From an uncultured Candidatus Poseidoniales archaeon (GTDB lineage Archaea; Thermoplasmatota; Poseidoniia; Poseidoniales; Poseidoniaceae), in the NCBI GenBank assembly GCA_902520595.1, contig CABYOM010000003.1, positions 1-62,569 of the forward strand: 62,569 nt of DNA, in the 5' to 3' direction. Of the stretch, positions 27,312 through 37,853 are shown in pieces. How positions within the stretch are numbered: the stretch's first letter is position 1; each line of letters opens with the position of its first letter. Below the pieces are notes generated by a model. It was not told the origin of the DNA and did not search any database. It worked only from the letters and a program-made list of their open reading frames with translations. Both the position numbers and the translations under genes were made by a program.

Positions 27312-28642
27312 TATTGTATCTCCTTGCCCTTGAACAAAGCACCGCCAATGAACCAAAATATTGCTGCTTGGAAAAGTAAGACGAGTGTTGAAACTATCAT
27401 CGCAGTAAAAGCTGAAAGTCCGAGTCCAGGCTTTGAGGAAAAGAATCCCAATGGACCCGCACCCTCAAGTGAAGTTTCGAAATTCCAACCTGCATTCCCG
27501 TCTCCACCCCAGTTACCCATGAGGATGAACAAATCAAGATTCGGCCAAACTAACATTGCAGCAGCATCAATAATCATCAAAGCCCAGCCAATTATTGAGA
27601 ATCGAAGTAGGGTTGCATCGGGCGCACCCATAGATAACAAGGCCATTCCTAATTCCCATGCTGCAAAGGGTATGGCCAGAATGATACCATATTTCCATAG
27701 AACTCCAAGAGCGTTAAACAGCATGCCATACACGAGCGTCGCCATCATTGTAGCGAATATGATTGCCAGCCAAACGCCGAGGTCGGCAAATCGAAAGAAA
27801 CTGTCGCCAGAACCTGCAAAACCCGATACGATAGCACCAAGAATTCCCAAGGCTATGACGTAAGGCCAAACGATTCCAAGATATCCCAAGGTACGGTAGA
27901 GAAATAATTCGGTACGAGCAATAGGTTTTGCGAGCATGAAGTGCATCGTTCCAGAATTCATTTCATCTCGAATGAGTCCAGTTGCCATAAACAGAGGTAG
28001 GAAGATTCCTAGCAAGAGTACAAACCCAAGTTTTCCAATCGAGAGAACAAACGCAATGTGAATTGCTTCTCGTGAATATGCATCTTCATCTGGGTCTTCA
28101 TCCACGCCATTGTCAGCATCGATACTCGCGTAAAAATTTCCGTCAGAAAGGCGATAGTATTCGACGACAATATCGCACGGAATACCATTACCATTTGTGT
28201 CTTTTTGGGATGCGGTTTTATTCGAATCCAAACAATCTCCATCGTCGTCATATCCCGTTGATTGTTCCCCAAGCCGTATGGTGACATCCCAATCAAAGTC
28301 GTCTTCGTTGATATACATGGACTTCGGGTCGGGTTCAATAGGTGGGTCAAATAATCCAGGGTGTGAATTGCCATCCCATGGGTCTGTTCCAAGAAGAATT
28401 TCTTGGCCTCTTGGATATCCATCGTTATCATAGTCGGTTGAATCTCTATCATTATCAATTGATTCAAACTCAGATGCCATCACATCGATGTAAATCAAGA
28501 AGATGAGGGAAAGCGCTGTGAATCCTACACCCAATACGACCCATGTTGATTTCTTTGTCCGATACTGACGGAGTGTAAACTCGATGATCGCAGACGCCTT
28601 TCTATCAAGTGAGCGGTAAATCGACTGGGGTTTTGTAGCCAT
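27311..28642 (-). CDS. ABC-2 type permease with Asp-rich (TSP3-like Ca-binding) insertion
   Basis: IRDEMNSGTMHFMLAKPIARTELF; insert with DYDNDGY..EILLGTDP, DDDGD, DTNGNG. Confidence 0.85.
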   Translation of the reverse strand: MATKPQSIYRSLDRKASAIIEFTLRQYRTKKSTWVVLGVGFTALSLIFLIYIDVMASEFESIDNDRDSTDYDNDGYPRGQEILLGTDPWDGNSHPGLFDPPIEPDPKSMYINEDDFDWDVTIRLGEQSTGYDDDGDCLDSNKTASQKDTNGNGIPCDIVVEYYRLSDGNFYASIDADNGVDEDPDEDAYSREAIHIAFVLSIGKLGFVLLLGIFLPLFMATGLIRDEMNSGTMHFMLAKPIARTELFLYRTLGYLGIVWPYVIALGILGAIVSGFAGSGDSFFRFADLGVWLAIIFATMMATLVYGMLFNALGVLWKYGIILAIPFAAWELGMALLSMGAPDATLLRFSIIGWALMIIDAAAMLVWPNLDLFILMGNWGGDGNAGWNFETSLEGAGPLGFFSSKPGLGLSAFTAMIVSTLVLLFQAAIFWFIGGALFKGKEIQ

Positions 28643-29634
28643 CAGACTCCACCTCCGGATGTCAAATAACCCAAAATTGATGCAAGGTCATCATCAGGGT
28701 TGTCGATTGTGCTCACTTTGTGGTTATTATCTACAATTATCCGTGGAAGTCGCGAATGTATCGCACCAAGGTTATGAGTTTGGATGGAAAGATTTTTTCC
28801 ATCAGGGAATGAGATGCCAAATACCTCATCAAGGTCGATGACATCTTTTGCTAATGCTTTGGGGTCTTCAGTCTGAATTGAAATTCGATGGGGAATTTTG
28901 TCCAGCCTCTCTCGAATCGAATGGAGGTTGCCAAGTGCGAGTAATCGACCTTGATGAAGGATGATAATTTGTTCAGTAATTCGCTCTATTTCTTGCAAGA
29001 TATGACTGCTGACTAGAACAGTTCGACCCATCCTTCCAAGTTCTCTTATGACATTCATGATGGTTGTACGGGCCAGTGGATCGCATCCTTGAAGTGGCTC
29101 GTCCAGAATAATCAATTCCGGGTCATTGACCAATGCATGGGCGATTTTAACACGCTGACGCATACCTTTCGAGTACTGTCCTATTTTTTTATGAGCAACA
29201 TCCGATAAGCTCACGAAATCCAGCACTCTGTCCGCCTCTCCCTTCGCTTCATCGCGAGTAAGCCCATTCAATCGCGCAAACGTGGATACAAACTCATGTC
29301 CAGTCATCCAATCATACATCTTTTCATGTTCCGGGACAAAGCCAACGCGTGCATAGGGGGCTGGATTTTTCCATGGGTCGGTGCCAAATAATTTAACACT
29401 CCCCTGACTAACTTTCAGTTTACCCATCAGGAGATTAAACAGAGTCGATTTTCCTGCTCCGTTCATCCCCAGTACCCCAGTAACTCCGCCGTTGAGTGCT
29501 AGAGTTATGTTTGATAATGCGAAAATACGACCGTAACTTTTTGATACATTTTCCAGCAAAATAGCAGGCGCAGCCACTTCAGGTTCCCACTGCTGGGTTT
29601 GTGCTTTACCTTGTTGGTCAAAATCAGGAATCAT
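28642..29634 (-). CDS. ABC transporter ATP-binding protein
   Basis: GMNGAGKS, YSKGMRQR, IILDEP, SSH. Confidence 0.95.
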   Translation of the reverse strand: MIPDFDQQGKAQTQQWEPEVAAPAILLENVSKSYGRIFALSNITLALNGGVTGVLGMNGAGKSTLFNLLMGKLKVSQGSVKLFGTDPWKNPAPYARVGFVPEHEKMYDWMTGHEFVSTFARLNGLTRDEAKGEADRVLDFVSLSDVAHKKIGQYSKGMRQRVKIAHALVNDPELIILDEPLQGCDPLARTTIMNVIRELGRMGRTVLVSSHILQEIERITEQIIILHQGRLLALGNLHSIRERLDKIPHRISIQTEDPKALAKDVIDLDEVFGISFPDGKNLSIQTHNLGAIHSRLPRIIVDNNHKVSTIDNPDDDLASILGYLTSGGGV

Positions 29635-30668
29635 TCTCGAGTCACCTCCATTGACGATACCCGTGTGCTCAAGACATACAAAGCCACACCATTCATTGCT
29701 ACAAGCGATGCCAATGACCAGGTCCATGAATACTGGTCATAAGTCGGTTGAGTTCCAATTATGGCTTGACCTACATGGGCTAAGCAGTCGTAAGGAGAGA
29801 GAAGGTAGAGTATTTCACGGTCAAAGAGATTTGCGACTATGAATGCTAAAACTTTGGTTCCAAGAATTATCGAGAGTAGGGCAATTCCAGGGAAAAACTT
29901 CCCCTTTGAAACACTGGATAAGGAGAGCCCAATGCTGGTATAGGTGAAGATAAGCAAGAGCGCACTAAACACCGTTGCAAGGAACATCGGGAAGGTGTCA
30001 ATAATCCATGCCCAACCTCTCCCCATCGTCGCAATTTCAGCGAAATAGTAGAGTGCTAATGTCACCAATATGAGTAATCCTTGAATCATGGCGACTGAAA
30101 TAAACTTCATCCCTACATAGTCAAATCGAGTTATTGGTCGTGAAAAGTAGAGTGCCGATGTCCCATGTTGGCGGTCTTCAGAGATCACACCTCCAACCAA
30201 GAGAGCGGCGACAACAGGATAGTAGAGCATGTTGCGCGGAAAGAAACCAAGAACGTGAGCATAGAGGTTATCTCGACTCACGCCCCATACGGAATGAAGG
30301 CCAGAATCTCCGATAAGTCCGGACACCAGTGTCATGCCTACATCGGATAACGAAGCAACAAAGACGACCAAGAGATATAACCGAATCGGGACCCCCCACG
30401 GTCGATGTCCTTTCTTGAAAACGCCGAGTAAATGGTGTCGAAGAATTGCCCAGTTTCTCATCCATCTTGGATTGAGTTCTCCGTTCCATGGTTTGTATTG
30501 TTGCTTGAATATTTGTCCATCAGATTTTGGTGCCGAACTCATCGTTACGCTAAGGTCTTCATCACCTTCCGTCGAACCCCACGCAGCCTCTAAACGAACT
30601 TTACCCGTTACTGGGGCTTCAGCAGCGAACTCAACTTGTTGAGGCAGAGTTTCTTCTTGAGTGGTCAA
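29631..30668 (-). CDS. ABC-2 type permease
   Basis: ISEDRQHGTSALYFSRPITRFDYVGMK; six hydrophobic helices. Confidence 0.85.
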   Translation of the reverse strand: MTTQEETLPQQVEFAAEAPVTGKVRLEAAWGSTEGDEDLSVTMSSAPKSDGQIFKQQYKPWNGELNPRWMRNWAILRHHLLGVFKKGHRPWGVPIRLYLLVVFVASLSDVGMTLVSGLIGDSGLHSVWGVSRDNLYAHVLGFFPRNMLYYPVVAALLVGGVISEDRQHGTSALYFSRPITRFDYVGMKFISVAMIQGLLILVTLALYYFAEIATMGRGWAWIIDTFPMFLATVFSALLLIFTYTSIGLSLSSVSKGKFFPGIALLSIILGTKVLAFIVANLFDREILYLLSPYDCLAHVGQAIIGTQPTYDQYSWTWSLASLVAMNGVALYVLSTRVSSMEVTRE

Positions 30669-31675
30669 GCTGAACCACCACCCATATGCCCTGGAGCATC
30701 GACCTTGCGAGCTTGGACAGGGGTTCCTAACAAATCTTCACTTGATTTGACTTCATAGCCTAAGTTTTCCATGATAGAGAGGAACAAGTCTTCCAATGAC
30801 GCCTCATATTCATGCATTCTACGAATTTGTGCACCTACTTCAGCAGCACAACTCAAAATGAGTGATGTTGTATCTTCTTGTTCGTGAAGAATCCGCATTA
30901 CTCGACCTTCTCTACGGACACTCATGCCTTTTTTCGCCATCGCATCCTCCAAACGAGATGCTCCACCCCATACGTGAATCTCAATTTCTCGGTCGAATGC
31001 TTTGAGGTCCTCTATTCGACCTTGGGCAGCGAGTTTACCTTTATGCAAGAGGATAAAATTATCACAAACCCGTTCAACGTCATCCATCAAGTGCGATGCC
31101 ATTAACACAGAACGGTTTCCGGATTGTACGGTGTTTGTCAGTGTATCAATCATGTAATCTCGAGCAGATATATCCAGGCCGTTTGAAGGTTCATCTGCGA
31201 TGATTAGTTCGGGGTCGTGAATGAGAGCACATGCAAGCTTTGTTGCTTGTTTCATTCCAGTCGAATAACTTCCAATATTTCGATAACGTTGTTCACCCAA
31301 ACCGACATATTGCAGGGTTTCATGCGCTCGAGCAAGAGCGATAGTAGGATTCATTCCTAGTAATTCTCCGGAATATCGAACCTGATGAATCGCTTCCATT
31401 TCTGGATTGAGTGAATCATATTCTGGCATGTAGCCAATACGGGAGCGGATTTCGTCTCCTTTGGTGCGAATGTCGAGGCCAAGAACTGTACCTTCGCCTT
31501 CAGTCGTTTGGATTAAACCAAGTATCGTTTTCAGGAAAGTCGATTTTCCCGCCCCATTGGGTCCGAGTAATCCAGTAGCCCCTTTCGGGACCGAGAGGTT
31601 GAGTTTACTCAATGCCACATGCGGACCGTAAGATTTGGTCAAATTGGTGGTTTTGATGATAAGGTCGTCTTGCAT
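30665..31675 (-). CDS. ABC transporter ATP-binding protein
   Basis: GPNGAGKS, YSTGMKQ, IIADEPSNGLD, ASH. Confidence 0.95.
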   Translation of the reverse strand: MQDDLIIKTTNLTKSYGPHVALSKLNLSVPKGATGLLGPNGAGKSTFLKTILGLIQTTEGEGTVLGLDIRTKGDEIRSRIGYMPEYDSLNPEMEAIHQVRYSGELLGMNPTIALARAHETLQYVGLGEQRYRNIGSYSTGMKQATKLACALIHDPELIIADEPSNGLDISARDYMIDTLTNTVQSGNRSVLMASHLMDDVERVCDNFILLHKGKLAAQGRIEDLKAFDREIEIHVWGGASRLEDAMAKKGMSVRREGRVMRILHEQEDTTSLILSCAAEVGAQIRRMHEYEASLEDLFLSIMENLGYEVKSSEDLLGTPVQARKVDAPGHMGGGSA

Positions 31676-31753
31676 TGCACTCCCCCTCAAAGTTGAGAGG
31701 TACAAGACGCTCTTTGAAGTATACCACGTTTTTGTGTCATCCTTGCAGCGTTG

Positions 31754-34018
31754 TTACTTTATCCCACCACGTGTTTTTACAGCTACACCTTTTCGGAAAT
31801 CTCTCATTTCTTGCGAGGTGCATTGAGAAAGGCCATGCCCGATAAGTTCGCCTTTTTGATTGACGAGTAAACAACTCACTCCTGGAGAAATCCAACCGTC
31901 GCAACCAAGAATAAAACCATGGAATACATTTCTACCTTGTCTGACAAAAGGTTCTGCATCGTCGTTTATGACCACCCAAGCTGGCCCTTTTGAGAGACTG
32001 TTTTCCGGTTTGCACACTTCAAATCCATGCGGTAGAGGCATGGTTCGATGTGCATGAATCTGCTTGGCTCCACCATCTGTAATTGATAATCCGCCATCGG
32101 TAAGGCGTGGGCTTACAATGTGCGTTCCATCCGCTGTTATAGCATTTTTAACCCGCCCTAGTCGGTTGACGACGAATGTGGAATCCTTCAAAATCAGTTC
32201 AACATCTTTTGCGTCCATGTTGAGTAAGAGGACCATTTTATCGGCAACATGGCGACGTTGGAGTTGAAGTTTAGCATTTTCACGCTGCTCTTTTTCCATT
32301 GGCTCAGTATGCGCTTTTACATCTTCATCGGCTTCTAAAACTCCTGCTTGTTCAAGCGCTAAAATGGCCCGAGATTGGATGCCGTCTCCGAGTAAATCGA
32401 CCGTGATTATCCTACGCTCACCCATCCCGTAGTGTTCAAGTTCCTCCCGTATTGAAAACGGATTTGGACGACGTCGCCATAGCCACTGTGGGCCATCGAT
32501 ATGAGTAAATGGATTCAAGTCTTCAAGAGAGTATGGGAGTAGTCCGATGGGAGTCTGAATCATAACTTCCAAGCCGGGGCAATGATGTTCTAAACGAACC
32601 ATTAGATCGCTTAATCGTTCTCTCCATGGACCTGAGGTTCCATATGCAACTAAGACTTCTTGGGAGCCTCTACCAGGCTTGTTTTGAGGCCTCCAATGAC
32701 TTCTCAACGCTTTTTTTGCAGCGTTAATGTGAGGTCGAACCTGGGTATCTTCTCCACCCCAAGGCTCTCCACCTTTGCGCGGCGATTCTTGTGATTGAAC
32801 AATCCAGTCCCATGCGTATTCCCATTTCCCTGCATTTTGGTCCCGGTCCCGAGCTGCATCGCGGTCATCAAGAATCAGTTCATCTAAGAACTGAAGGTCG
32901 AGTTTTTTGTTGTGAGGGCTTGTTGAAATCCACAAGAACGCTTCTCTTAGGGCTGGATGTTGATGGCTCCTTCGTTCTGCTAAACGCCAAAGAGTTCCAT
33001 CCCGAATGGCTTGTTTACACCGGTCCAGTTCAGACAGCGTCACTTCCAGATTATATCGCGCAAGTAATTCCGTTTTCTCCTTATTTGGCATTGCTCGAAC
33101 ATCATCAGGGGTATGGGCAGAAACACAAGGCATCCGTTCAGGCCATTCGACCAATGTTCCGATTTTTTGGGTACCCCACGGCGTTAACAAACGCCCATCA
33201 CGTGCAAACAAGGCATATGCAGCAGAATCAAACAAGTCGGCACCTAAGGCAATCGACATCGGGAACAACATTGGGTGACCACATCCAAACATATGGACCG
33301 GACGGTTTGGTGGCAAATGAGGGATTGAAGCCATCATGATCTTCGCATAGTCTTTGTACAAGTGTCGTTCCATTATGGGAACGATACCACCGATTGGATG
33401 TATTGCAAAGTCATATCCCCCCATGCCTTGAGCGGATTGAGTTCGAAGGTGTTTGAACACCCCCCCTTGAATTGGTCCGTTAAGCATGGTCGTTCCGGCG
33501 GCTGTAATACTTGCAGGAGCGCGTTGAATCGTTTCTTCAACACATCGAGCGACCTGCTCTTCAGTCATGTCCGGACGAGAAAAGACATCGAGCATTGTTG
33601 CAATATCAACGCCAATACTTTTCTGAAATTCAACAATTTCTTCGACTCCAACTTCTACATCGCCGTAGATGTAGGCTTGAAAAGTTCCAGAATCGGTCAT
33701 GATTACTCCAGGATAATCCAACAGTGCATGGACGCCTTCTTTTGTAGCAACTTCTTTGAGACTTTCATGCTTCCATATGATGTAGGAATTGGTAATCAAC
33801 GCACCTATGCCATATCTGTCCCACATTTCACGAGGCTCGATTGTACGGATGTTTGGATTAATCACAGGTAGTAATGCTGGCGTCTCAAGAACACCGTGTA
33901 CTGTATGCAATCGACCTAAGCGGCCACGCCCATCTCGAGTGACGACCTCAAACAGCCCCGTGTTAGCCTCTCGGCATGGAACCGGTTCTTCCCGAGGGCC
34001 ATCCGTCCATGCTCCCAT
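31754..34018 (-). CDS. tgtA: tRNA-guanine(15) transglycosylase (archaeosine pathway) with C-terminal PUA domain
   Basis: ETPALLPVINP, ITNSYII, MTDSGTFQ, PIGGIVP, HMFGCGHP, DLFDSAAY; PUA FVRQGRNVF. ORF open to 34048. Confidence 0.95.
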   Translation of the reverse strand: MGAWTDGPREEPVPCREANTGLFEVVTRDGRGRLGRLHTVHGVLETPALLPVINPNIRTIEPREMWDRYGIGALITNSYIIWKHESLKEVATKEGVHALLDYPGVIMTDSGTFQAYIYGDVEVGVEEIVEFQKSIGVDIATMLDVFSRPDMTEEQVARCVEETIQRAPASITAAGTTMLNGPIQGGVFKHLRTQSAQGMGGYDFAIHPIGGIVPIMERHLYKDYAKIMMASIPHLPPNRPVHMFGCGHPMLFPMSIALGADLFDSAAYALFARDGRLLTPWGTQKIGTLVEWPERMPCVSAHTPDDVRAMPNKEKTELLARYNLEVTLSELDRCKQAIRDGTLWRLAERRSHQHPALREAFLWISTSPHNKKLDLQFLDELILDDRDAARDRDQNAGKWEYAWDWIVQSQESPRKGGEPWGGEDTQVRPHINAAKKALRSHWRPQNKPGRGSQEVLVAYGTSGPWRERLSDLMVRLEHHCPGLEVMIQTPIGLLPYSLEDLNPFTHIDGPQWLWRRRPNPFSIREELEHYGMGERRIITVDLLGDGIQSRAILALEQAGVLEADEDVKAHTEPMEKEQRENAKLQLQRRHVADKMVLLLNMDAKDVELILKDSTFVVNRLGRVKNAITADGTHIVSPRLTDGGLSITDGGAKQIHAHRTMPLPHGFEVCKPENSLSKGPAWVVINDDAEPFVRQGRNVFHGFILGCDGWISPGVSCLLVNQKGELIGHGLSQCTSQEMRDFRKGVAVKTRGGIK

Positions 34019-34072
34019 AATGCTAATCCCCTTATCCGTGTCTTTCAAACCATCCGTTCACAGAATTCATAA

Positions 34073-34531
34073 TCAAACAAATTCTACCGCACCATGGGCA
34101 AGAATGAATTCTCTGCCCAACTCGTCAAATGTATCGAGTAGAGCGGATGAAAAACGAATTCGGCAGATTTCAGCATCGTCTTCTAAGTCTTTTTTCACGC
34201 CTTCGAGCGTTCCCGGAGCTGCGCCACACGAAAGACAGGCACCGGTCAGATCGAGAACTAAATCGAGTTCTGATGCAGCACTTTCACCCCATTCAAGAGA
34301 TGAAACAGCAATTCCTCCACCATGGCCATCAAGTGCTGCACGAACATCACCCAGACGAGAAAGAAGGGCCGGCACAAACTCGTTGGTTCCAATAAAGTCC
34401 AAGAGCGAAGTTGAACGAAGGCGTTGTTCTTCTATCGGGTCCGTAACCTCTTCAATTCGACGCTTTGCTTCTGATGACATTGCAGCCTTTGCTTCGGCAG
34501 CATATTTGGCAACGAGGTCATCGTCGGTCAT
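34073..34531 (-). CDS. NifU C-terminal domain (NfuA-like) Fe-S carrier
   Basis: VRAALDGHGGGI...LTGACLSCGAAPGTL. Confidence 0.85.
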   Translation of the reverse strand: MTDDDLVAKYAAEAKAAMSSEAKRRIEEVTDPIEEQRLRSTSLLDFIGTNEFVPALLSRLGDVRAALDGHGGGIAVSSLEWGESAASELDLVLDLTGACLSCGAAPGTLEGVKKDLEDDAEICRIRFSSALLDTFDELGREFILAHGAVEFV

Positions 34532-34654
34532 GTTGCTTGCTCACAACCCCTTCTTCTTGAATACTATTATTGGGACTCTGTTCATGAAATATCATATGGG
34601 GCATTATTACACCACTTGATAAAGGAGTTGCGCGAGGAGTATATGGGTGAGCGT

Positions 34655-35398
34655 ATGGTAGATGAGATTTTACGGGTCGAAAATCTTCACGTCAGTGTTG
34701 AAGGAACCCCAATTCTCAACGGAGTCAACCTCATCATCAATCGGGGAGAGATTCACGCAGTAATGGGCCGAAACGGTGCTGGAAAGTCAACTTTAGCTAA
34801 TGTTGTCATGGGTCATCCGGCCTACGAGATTACAGAAGGAAGCATCTTTTACAAGGGCCAGCCACTGGAAGATCTCGAAGTTTTCGAGAGAGCTCGAGCC
34901 GGCATGTTCCTTTCATTCCAATATCCAGCCTCGATTCCAGGTGTCCAAGTCGGTTCTTTCCTCAAAAAGTCCGTTGCATCGGTTCGTGACGAGCCTCCCA
35001 AAGGCCGTGCTTTCCGCAAAGAATTAACCGCTGCAATGGAGCAATTGTCGATGGATAAGAGTTTCCTCTCCCGCTATGTAAACGACGGATTCAGTGGTGG
35101 GGAGAAGAAGCGCCTCGAGATTTTACAGATGCTTTTGCTTCAACCCCACCTTGCTCTGCTCGACGAAACAGACTCTGGATTGGATATCGATGCGCTACGA
35201 ATTGTCGCTCAAGGAATCAATGAAGTGGCTGTAAATTCGGGATGCCTCATTATCACTCACTATCAAAGATTGCTCGATCTTGTTAAGCCCGATTTCGTCC
35301 ACGCAATGATTGACGGTGTTATTATCAAAACAGGTGGGCCTGAACTTGCGCTCCGTCTAGAAGACAAAGGATACGACTGGCTTGATGTCGCTGCTTGA
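34655..35398 (+). CDS. sufC: Fe-S cluster assembly ATPase SufC
   Basis: [41 protein letters not shown]. Start may be 34643. Confidence 0.97.
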   Translation: MVDEILRVENLHVSVEGTPILNGVNLIINRGEIHAVMGRNGAGKSTLANVVMGHPAYEITEGSIFYKGQPLEDLEVFERARAGMFLSFQYPASIPGVQVGSFLKKSVASVRDEPPKGRAFRKELTAAMEQLSMDKSFLSRYVNDGFSGGEKKRLEILQMLLLQPHLALLDETDSGLDIDALRIVAQGINEVAVNSGCLIITHYQRLLDLVKPDFVHAMIDGVIIKTGGPELALRLEDKGYDWLDVAA

Positions 35399-35409
35399 GG
35401 TGTGAATAT

Positions 35410-36816
35410 ATGTCCGATGAAACTCAAGAAATTATTGGCGACTACCGCTATGGATTCCACGACCCTGAAAATTCGACCATTCGATTCGATAAAGGTCTTT
35501 CAGAACAAGTCGTTCGTGATATTTCAGAGCTTAAAGACGAACCGCAATGGATGACGGACCTACGGGTCAAGGCTTTCCGACACTTTGCTGAAAGAGTAAT
35601 GCCAGAGTGGGGTAATTGTGACATGCTCAACACAATTGATTTTGAGAATATCACCTATTTCTTACGTTCTTCGAACCAGACCGAGAAATCTTGGGATGAA
35701 GTGCCTGATGATATCAAAAACACCTTTGACAGATTGGGGATCCCAGAAGCTGAACAGAAGTGGCTTGGAGGGGTTACTGCTCAGTACGAATCGGAAGCAG
35801 TCTATCACTCGATACGTGAAGATTTGGAAGAGCAGGGAGTCATTTTCTTGGATATGGATTCTGGTCTCAAGCAATATCCTGAACTTGTCAAAAAATACTT
35901 CGGCACTGTCATTCCACACAGTGATAACAAATTTTCTGCTCTCAACACCGCTGTTTGGTCAGGAGGTTCTTTCCTCTACATTCCGAAGGGTGTAAGTGTC
36001 GAAATGCCAGTTCAAGCATACTTCCGTATCAATGCGAAAAATATGGGTCAATTTGAGCGAACGCTCATCATCGCTGATGAAGGTAGTACTGTTCACTATG
36101 TTGAAGGATGCACTGCCCCAAGTTATTCAACCGATTCACTGCACTCGGCAGTTGTAGAACTCATTGCCATGGAAGGAGCGAAAATACGCTACTCCACCGT
36201 TCAAAACTGGTCAAGCAATGTCTACAACTTGGTAACCAAGCGTGCGGTTGCTCACAAAAACGCTACTGTTGAGTGGGTTGACGGAAACATCGGTTCGAAA
36301 TTAACGATGAAATATCCATCTGTGCTTCTCAAGGGTGAAGGTGCTCACGCAGAGGTCATTTCCGTGGCTTACGCAGGGAAAGGACAGCATCAAGACACCG
36401 GCGCTAAAGTCCACCACTTAGCCTCGAACACTACATCCAATATTCTTTCCAAATCAATTTCAAAAGACGGTGGCCGCTCCTCATACAGAGGCTTGCTCCA
36501 AGTCACACCCAAGTCAACAGGATGTCGTTCAAAGGTTGTTTGTGACGCACTTATTCTCGACGGAGATTCACGCTCAGATACATATCCGACTATGGAAATT
36601 GGTAATTCATCGTCTGATTTGGAACACGAAGCAAGTGTTTCCAAAGTTTCGAGTGGCCAATTGTTCTATCTTATGAGTCGTGGATTTACTGAAGATGAAG
36701 CAATGGGCTTGATTGTGAATGGATTCTTTGAACCGTTTACAAGAGAACTACCGATGGAATACGCTGTTGAACTAAACAAATTACTCGAATTGGAAATGGA
36801 GGGTTCCATTGGATGA
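35410..36816 (+). CDS. sufB: Fe-S cluster assembly protein SufB
   Basis: [52 protein letters not shown]. Confidence 0.97.
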   Translation: MSDETQEIIGDYRYGFHDPENSTIRFDKGLSEQVVRDISELKDEPQWMTDLRVKAFRHFAERVMPEWGNCDMLNTIDFENITYFLRSSNQTEKSWDEVPDDIKNTFDRLGIPEAEQKWLGGVTAQYESEAVYHSIREDLEEQGVIFLDMDSGLKQYPELVKKYFGTVIPHSDNKFSALNTAVWSGGSFLYIPKGVSVEMPVQAYFRINAKNMGQFERTLIIADEGSTVHYVEGCTAPSYSTDSLHSAVVELIAMEGAKIRYSTVQNWSSNVYNLVTKRAVAHKNATVEWVDGNIGSKLTMKYPSVLLKGEGAHAEVISVAYAGKGQHQDTGAKVHHLASNTTSNILSKSISKDGGRSSYRGLLQVTPKSTGCRSKVVCDALILDGDSRSDTYPTMEIGNSSSDLEHEASVSKVSSGQLFYLMSRGFTEDEAMGLIVNGFFEPFTRELPMEYAVELNKLLELEMEGSIG

Positions 36817-37853
36817 TCTACCAGAAGATGACCATTCCTCCTCGTTCAGAACATTTGTGGCGCTACACTCCTTGGCCTCGAATTCACCCTAGTTCAATTG
36901 ATAAGGTTCCAGATGTTGACGGAGTGATTTTCTCTCTCAGCGAACAACACGAAATGGAGTCAGTTGCTCATTCCACTGTTGCTCATGATGACATTGCCCG
37001 AGCATTTTTGCAATCAGCAGGTGGCTCACATAACCGCCTAGTCGTCTCAGAAGAATCGGAACCGATCCATATCGATGCTCGTGCTTCAGGTCACATTGCC
37101 GTGGGTCACTTACATCTTGATGTCAAAGCGTCAGGTGTTGTTTTAATTCACCTCACCGGAGAACCGGAATGGGTTGGTATTCACATCACCGGAAAAATTC
37201 ACCCAAATACCCAACTCTCTTTTGGATTCGTTAATGAACTTGGCTCGAACACTAAATTTCTACGCTGTGAGGATTGGATTGTTGAGCGTGATGCTGAACT
37301 TGAACATGCGACCCTCTCGATTGGTGGATTCCGCTGCAAATCTGATTTGCGAACTACCTTGAACGGTACTGGTTCGACTATTCGTCAATCAGTAACAGCC
37401 AATGCCGTTGGTTCTCGGCATGACGACGAACATGTCGAGATTCACCACCTTCATGGCCACACAAATTCAGATTTGGTAATGAACTCTGCCTGTTCCGGCA
37501 ACAGCCATTTTATTGCTACAGGATTGCTTACCATTGCCGAAGGTGCGAACAAAACCGACGCCTCGCAAGTATTTCGTAATCTACTTCTTTCTGAAAGAGC
37601 GCGTGCAGAAGCAATTCCAGAACTCGAAGTTCTCGCTGATGATGTGTCGGCAGCTCATGGGGCTGCAACTGCTCCTGTGGACCAAAACCAAATGCATTAT
37701 CTCATGTCAAGAGGTCTGAGTCCTGACGAATCGAAGTCCCTCATTGTGAGTGGTTTCCTTCTCAATGCATTTTCAAACCTTTCAAACAAATACCTCACTC
37801 AAGAAATGCAAACCAGACTCACAGTCCATCTTGAATGTGAATTGAAGAGGTGA
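36813..37853 (+). CDS. sufD: Fe-S cluster assembly protein SufD
   Basis: [29 protein letters not shown]; directly follows sufB. Confidence 0.9.
   Translation: MIYQKMTIPPRSEHLWRYTPWPRIHPSSIDKVPDVDGVIFSLSEQHEMESVAHSTVAHDDIARAFLQSAGGSHNRLVVSEESEPIHIDARASGHIAVGHLHLDVKASGVVLIHLTGEPEWVGIHITGKIHPNTQLSFGFVNELGSNTKFLRCEDWIVERDAELEHATLSIGGFRCKSDLRTTLNGTGSTIRQSVTANAVGSRHDDEHVEIHHLHGHTNSDLVMNSACSGNSHFIATGLLTIAEGANKTDASQVFRNLLLSERARAEAIPELEVLADDVSAAHGAATAPVDQNQMHYLMSRGLSPDESKSLIVSGFLLNAFSNLSNKYLTQEMQTRLTVHLECELKR

Noticed and set aside
27168..27863. 231-aa plus-strand ORF
   Set aside because: Antisense shadow of the ABC permease and its downstream gene; no motifs.
33789..34619. 276-aa plus-strand ORF
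   Set aside because: Antisense to tgtA and the NfuA-like gene; Ser/Arg-rich shadow composition.
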